A DNA stretch of 64,000 nucleotides. Source: Hydrolagus affinis. Taxonomy: Eukaryota. Shown here one piece after another: positions 13,700-64,000 of this stretch; within the stretch, counting starts at the first letter, position 1; the number at the start of each line of letters is the position of its first letter. Below the pieces are notes generated by a model. It was not told where the DNA came from and ran no database searches. It worked only from the letters and a program-made list of their open reading frames with translations. Position numbers and translations under genes: made by a program. The DNA lies in the NCBI GenBank assembly GCA_012026655.1, contig JAAILG010000117.1, forward strand, positions 62,001 to 126,000, in the 5' to 3' direction.

Positions 13700-14030
13700 C
13701 AACCTGGGTAGGGGGGAGGGATGGGAGAGAGTTAGGAGGGGAGAGAGAGAGTTGGGAGGGCAGCAGAAGGCACGGTCGAAGAGAAGGGTCTTGAGACCAG
13801 CCTTGAAGGAGGTGAGGGAGGGAGCGAGGCAAAAGGATTGTGGGATGGAGTTCCAGATTGTGGGGGCAGAGAGGCTGAAAGCCCATCCACCAATGGTAGG
13901 GTAGGTCAAGCGGGGGACATGGAGCAGGCTGGAGCCTGTTGAACGGAGGGGGCGAGGAGGTTCACAGCATGTTGGAGAGGTAGAGGGGGGCAAGGCCGTG
14001 AATGGCCTTGAAGGTGAGGACTGAGAGGCT
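13700..14030 (-). mobile_element. L2-clade LINE ORF2 C-terminus and 3'UTR
   Basis: ORF 13688-14077 contains PPRPLRSTGSSLLHVPR...IGGWAFSLSAPTIWNSIP...SLTSFKAGLKTLLFDRAF, the L2 C-terminal signature. Confidence 0.92.
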
Positions 14031-17000
14031 GAGATACAGAAAATGAACCAAGCTCTGTGTATTGCAGTTGCCAACATGCTGCACCTCCCTCTAATTACCT
14101 TTGAATTATTTATTAATTTTTCCGAGAGTTCTTTATTTTAGGGAGTGTTTCCAAAAGGAAATGTAAAATTGTGGGAACATGCTGTTTTAATGCTGAATGA
14201 ATCCCTCAGGAACTGTGAGTAACTAGTGCTGCACTGAATTAAATATTATTGATTGGAATGCCTTAGTACTGATTATTCCCAAATCTGTCACAATAATGAG
14301 TTGAATAAGATTGTAGCTCGCACCAATTATCCTGTCGAGTGATTCTGAGGTGTTGTAGTTGTGTTGAGGTATTTTTCACAATAGGGCTAGGAATCGGTGT
14401 TGTTTTATCAATGACAAAAGATTTACTAAGACTATATTTGAACTTCATTGAATCAGGACCCAAAGTAGAACATGGGTTATGACTGAGGAGAGGCTGGATA
14501 GACTCACACGATTGCCTTGAAACTCAGTGTCTCTTTCCATGCTCACACACACAGGAGAATATCTGTATCACTGGAGATCTTCAGTGCTAATCTTCATATT
14601 ACTGGACTACGTGTGAACTTGCTCTAATGCCTTCAAGACCACCTTAAAATGTGCATCGAGACCCACACACTAGACTTATCATGGAGCTGATAGCACACAT
14701 AAAAATGTTCCCCCAAAAAAGATTCATTTTGATTGAACTTCGAGACAGTATAATCCTAGTGCGATCTTTCAAAGCAAACGAGAAAGCAACAGTGGAATCT
14801 ATTCCAAAAAATGGGGGAAGCTTGGATCATTTTTCAAGCAAAAAAAACCCAAACGCTGATGTCAGGTTTGATCATAGGTCTCAGTTGCGAGTTACTATCT
14901 GTCTCGGGAATGCTGATTTAGAGAATTTTTGGAGGGGAAAATTTGTACAGGTTTGGCAACTTGAAAATAAGGAAATTCTGACACGTTGGGATTGCTGCAC
15001 TGTAAATAGTTTGCAAAGTGAAGATGGCACTTGGTGTTTCAGCTGTTGGAAACACCTTTATTTCCAATCACATAATTCTTTCCAAAACTGAAGCTGCATG
15101 AGAAATCTGTCACGACATTCATTAAGAGCAGACTTGATGCGCGATTGCTCTGTGCATTTTTTGACGTCTTGATCAAAAGATAGCAATTGAACAGTCAGTG
15201 GCATGCAGTCATATGTCTTGTGCACGTTCTTTCATACACAAACCAACTCATGATCACAATCGGAGGAAAAAAGAACTTAATTGTTTAGTGGTAACTGGAT
15301 TCCTTTGGTTTTGGGTAATCGCTGTAGCAGAGTGTATTTTTTTTTAAAAACTACAGTATTGCATTTTTGTGCCTTAAATAGTAAATGAGGCAGTTTGTGA
15401 GGATTGGACCTTTCCATCTCTGAAGAACTACTTCCTCTGCAATTTTTATTTCCACTGTATTTATTGCTGTTTGTGGAAAAAATAAACTTAAATATTTGCT
15501 ATGTAGAATCCCTGCCAATTGGAGGATTGGATTCCCAACCAATGAGGCACAAATTCAGATTCCTCTCTTGGCTGATGTTGAGATTTGGCTGCCTTCGTTG
15601 ACACATTTCACCAGTTTTGTTTGGGCAGACTCCAGGGTGGAACATATTTCCTGGCTTGAATGGGTTGGGAAGAGGGAAACAGAGACTATCCTTTATTAGT
15701 GTACCTGCAGTGAGCCAGCTATGGAGAATGTGCGATCTCCCAGTTAAATGAGATAAAAGTTTGAATAAAAGTACAGCCATCAACATGAGAATAGAGAAAA
15801 AATGAAGAAGTGTTTCAAAATAGCATTTACTATAGTTACTATAAATGGTTTGCAAATGTTCTTGTTTGGTTAAATTAAGAAAATTTCAAACAGCTTTCAG
15901 AATTTTTCAAGGGCCATAATAAAATAAATAATTAATTTTGCCTAATGTTTTAACTTTGGCAGTCAATTTGCAAATATTGATGGTTTGTTAAAATAATCCT
16001 TTAATTCAGGCCCTAAGTATAACTTCTTTGTTATTTTCAATAGAATTTAGCTCTGAAATTGAGTTATACATGTCTATAGGCCCATAAGAATGTACACCAC
16101 TGGAAAAGTTCTTTGCAGCCCATTTTGCCAGTCCCAATCAAGATAAATGACCTTCCACCAAAATACAATCAATGTGTCTTACATTCAAATATTAAACAAT
16201 GTCACGCTTATATAACACTTCAGTTTGAGCTGTACAATGCACAGAACTGTGACCATGTGAATTCAGAGATTTTGGTGGAGTGTGTGAACATCTGATATAA
16301 AAAAGACACTAAATATTTTTAAACAAAATGAATTAAATATGCTCTGAACTCTCTAGTATTTCCTAGAATCAGTGCTTTTATACTTTTGTATTTTAAAGAA
16401 TTCAAAATAGGTAACCTGTTCTAGGGTTCAGATGATAAACTGTAAATAAACATCTTAAGCTTTTTGAGCTTACAATACATACCACCACTTATCTTTTGGC
16501 TTCTATGTAGACGTAATGTGCAACTGATAATAGAGCATACTATAAAAAAAATAGTGAAGGAAACAACATAAGTTTTCAACATTTGATTGTCAAGCTGAGG
16601 GTCACAAATTCATGTCGCAAAGCTCTCAATCACCTGCAGTCTCTGGTCTTGGTTGAATTATAAGGTGAGAAATCCCATTATAAGCTCAGACCCTCATGGT
16701 CCGTAAACATACAGTTGGGTAGAGCTGGTTGTGCTTGTCTCCCCACAGTCTGTAACTTTACAAGCTGAATATTACACCCAGTGTGTTAGGCAGTACAGTA
16801 CAACACCGTGATTCCTTTCCGTTCTGGTTGATTGTTTGTTCAACTTGCTATTTGAACCTTTCCATTAGAAAAACGTTTGTTTGCTTAAGCAGTCATGCCT
16901 GGGACACTCTCCCACATTTTGGTACCATTTGGTGTGTGTGCAGGCTTCGTTCCGATCTCTGCAAGCTGCCACATAGGGAAGCAAAATGGGAGGCTAGAAT

Positions 17001-17628
17001 TGCATCGTCCAGCATATGAGCAGTTGTTACACAGTCTGTTCGGCTCCGTGCACAGGACAGTCGGGATCAATTTGATCTTTGTGAGCTCCTTGAAACAAAC
17101 CAAAGGATATCTTTACATACAACGCTTTACCCGAGAACAAACAAATCTAGAAGCGGTATAACACTTTCTCAGAATAATTCCACCCTTGAAATTGTGTTGA
17201 TAGTAACACATCTCCTTATTATACAAAAGGATCCAATTTAATTTTGCTTTTTGTGACACCAACCGAAATAATGTCTGTCCAGCGTCTTGGGAAGTCCTTC
17301 CAACGTGAAAGGTCCTATTCAAATGTAATTTCGTTGTTTGTATCACTGAGAGATAAATAGCATAACAATAATGGAATAAACAAATACTTGTATTTTGTTA
17401 CAGCGTCTCATCACGTTGTCAAGACGTCTCAAAGTGCCTCCCGGAATATACTGTAATCAACTGTATCTTTTGTGAGCAAAGTATCACAAAGTTCCGTTAG
17501 CTCTGTTTTTTAAAAAAACAGGATTGTAAATATATTGCAAAGCCATATTTTGATTTGTGTGAAATATATTATTCAGCGTCTGTGCGAATTCTGACTGTAA
17601 TATCACAGAGATTGCTTTCTTGTTTCAG

Positions 17629-63270
<45,642 letters not shown>

Positions 63271-63290
63271 GTCAGCCAGTAACTAAGCTA

Positions 63291-63410
63291 AGGAAGTCCT
63301 GTAGCTGAGCGGTTAGTGCAATCGCCTTACAAGACCCGTGTTCGAATCCAGGCAGGTCAGGGCGAAACGTTGGGCAAGTTTCCTTTTCCACTTACAATAA
63401 TAATCCTTCA
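63291..63410 (+). mobile_element. SINE family A head
   Basis: ggaagtcctgtagctgagcggttagtgc...gtgttcgaatccaggcaggtcagggcgaaacgttgggcaagtttcc. Confidence 0.8.
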
Positions 63411-63687
63411 CTGTTATCAAGCTTCTGGCATCTGTCACTGAGGCAAATCCACACCACATAGGAAATGTACAGTTCTTGAGTTATTCATAAGGGATGAACA
63501 TTTGATGATTTTTGTCACGTATTTTTCCACAGTAATAATTCCCTTTCATACAGTCAATTTCTTTTTTTTTTTACTGGACAATGTACTGTATTGTCGGCAC
63601 TTCCAATAACCTCTTTAGTACCATTTCTATTTTTTTCTCCTTTATATTCCTTTAATTTTTCCTAAGTGTTTCTCTTCACCCACCCAC

Positions 63688-63729
63688 CCTCTCTCACACA
63701 CACACACACCACACACCACACACACACAG
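63688..63729. repeat. (CT)/(CA)n compound microsatellite
   Basis: ctctctcacacacacacacaccacacaccacacacacacag. Confidence 0.85.
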
Positions 63730-63900
63730 AGCGCCTTGAGCTTTCCCTATCTGTTTGTTCTTCAATCCATCCAGCAGTCTCCTTCCTCCGTGTGTTACTC
63801 AAATCAAGCAATCTCTACCTCAATATGTTTCTCTTTCTGTGCACTGTTTTAACGTAAATGTGTAAATCCTCAGTGCCCAAGTGGACAAATCTGCACATGT

Positions 63901-64000
63901 GGTGTCCTGGAGCTCAGTGGTTAGAGCACTCGCCTTACAAGCGTGAGACTCTGTGTTCGAATCCAGGCAGGTCAGGACGAAACCTTGGGCAAGTTTCCAC
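63901..64000 (+). mobile_element. SINE family A head (runs off the window)
   Basis: gagctcagtggttagagcactcgccttacaagcgtgagactctgtgttcgaatccaggcaggtcaggacgaaaccttgggcaagtttcc. Confidence 0.85.

Noticed and set aside
14651-15091. 146-aa ORF and other long ORF-track entries (24990-25403, 50382-50846, 53467-53904, 59760-60182)
   Set aside because: No recognisable domains; they overlap SINEs or microsatellites or lie antisense to exons, and are of a size expected by chance in 64 kb.
1-17628. Exons 1-2 of the kinase (start codon and the GNGTYG Gly-rich loop)
   Set aside because: No [22 protein letters not shown]-like coding segment was found by eye. Intron 2 is very long in this family, so these exons are presumably upstream of the window.
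63901-63975. tRNA genes at the SINE heads (also 19440, 27574, 38921, 43420, 63291)
   Set aside because: A/B boxes and the anticodon arm are present, but there is no proper acceptor stem or terminator, and each continues into the shared SINE body.

Overview
This is vertebrate intron/exon DNA, not a prokaryotic locus. The repeat content (Deu-domain SacSINE1-like SINEs, HER1/CR1 and L2 LINE ends, a tRNA-Ala-headed SINE with a (TTA)n tail) points to a cartilaginous fish, probably a holocephalan; that assignment is an inference. The whole window lies inside one + strand gene encoding a Ste20 GCK-IV/Misshapen-family kinase (MAP4K4/TNIK/MINK1/NRK subfamily). I reconstructed 18 consecutive GT-AG coding exons between 17629 and 63270 (2096 nt, about 698 codons, all splice phases compatible). 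They cover the kinase domain from beta-2/beta-3 onward, the coiled coil and most of the Ser/Pro-rich linker. Exons 1-2 lie upstream (1-17628 is the tail of a long intron 2) and the CNH domain lies downstream. Several kinase residues and the divergent linker fit the non-mammalian NRK (MAP4K4-like) paralogue best, and the activation loop is atypical (RTMEKRNT instead of RTVGRRNT). Introns hold dozens of SINE/LINE copies, tail-only stubs, decayed MITE-like elements, microsatellites and a few repeat-free, motif-rich candidate regulatory blocks. Nearly all ORF-track entries are spurious. I see no well-supported novel biological system. The best leads are the altered activation loop, the modular SINE family, and possible alternative or poison exons.
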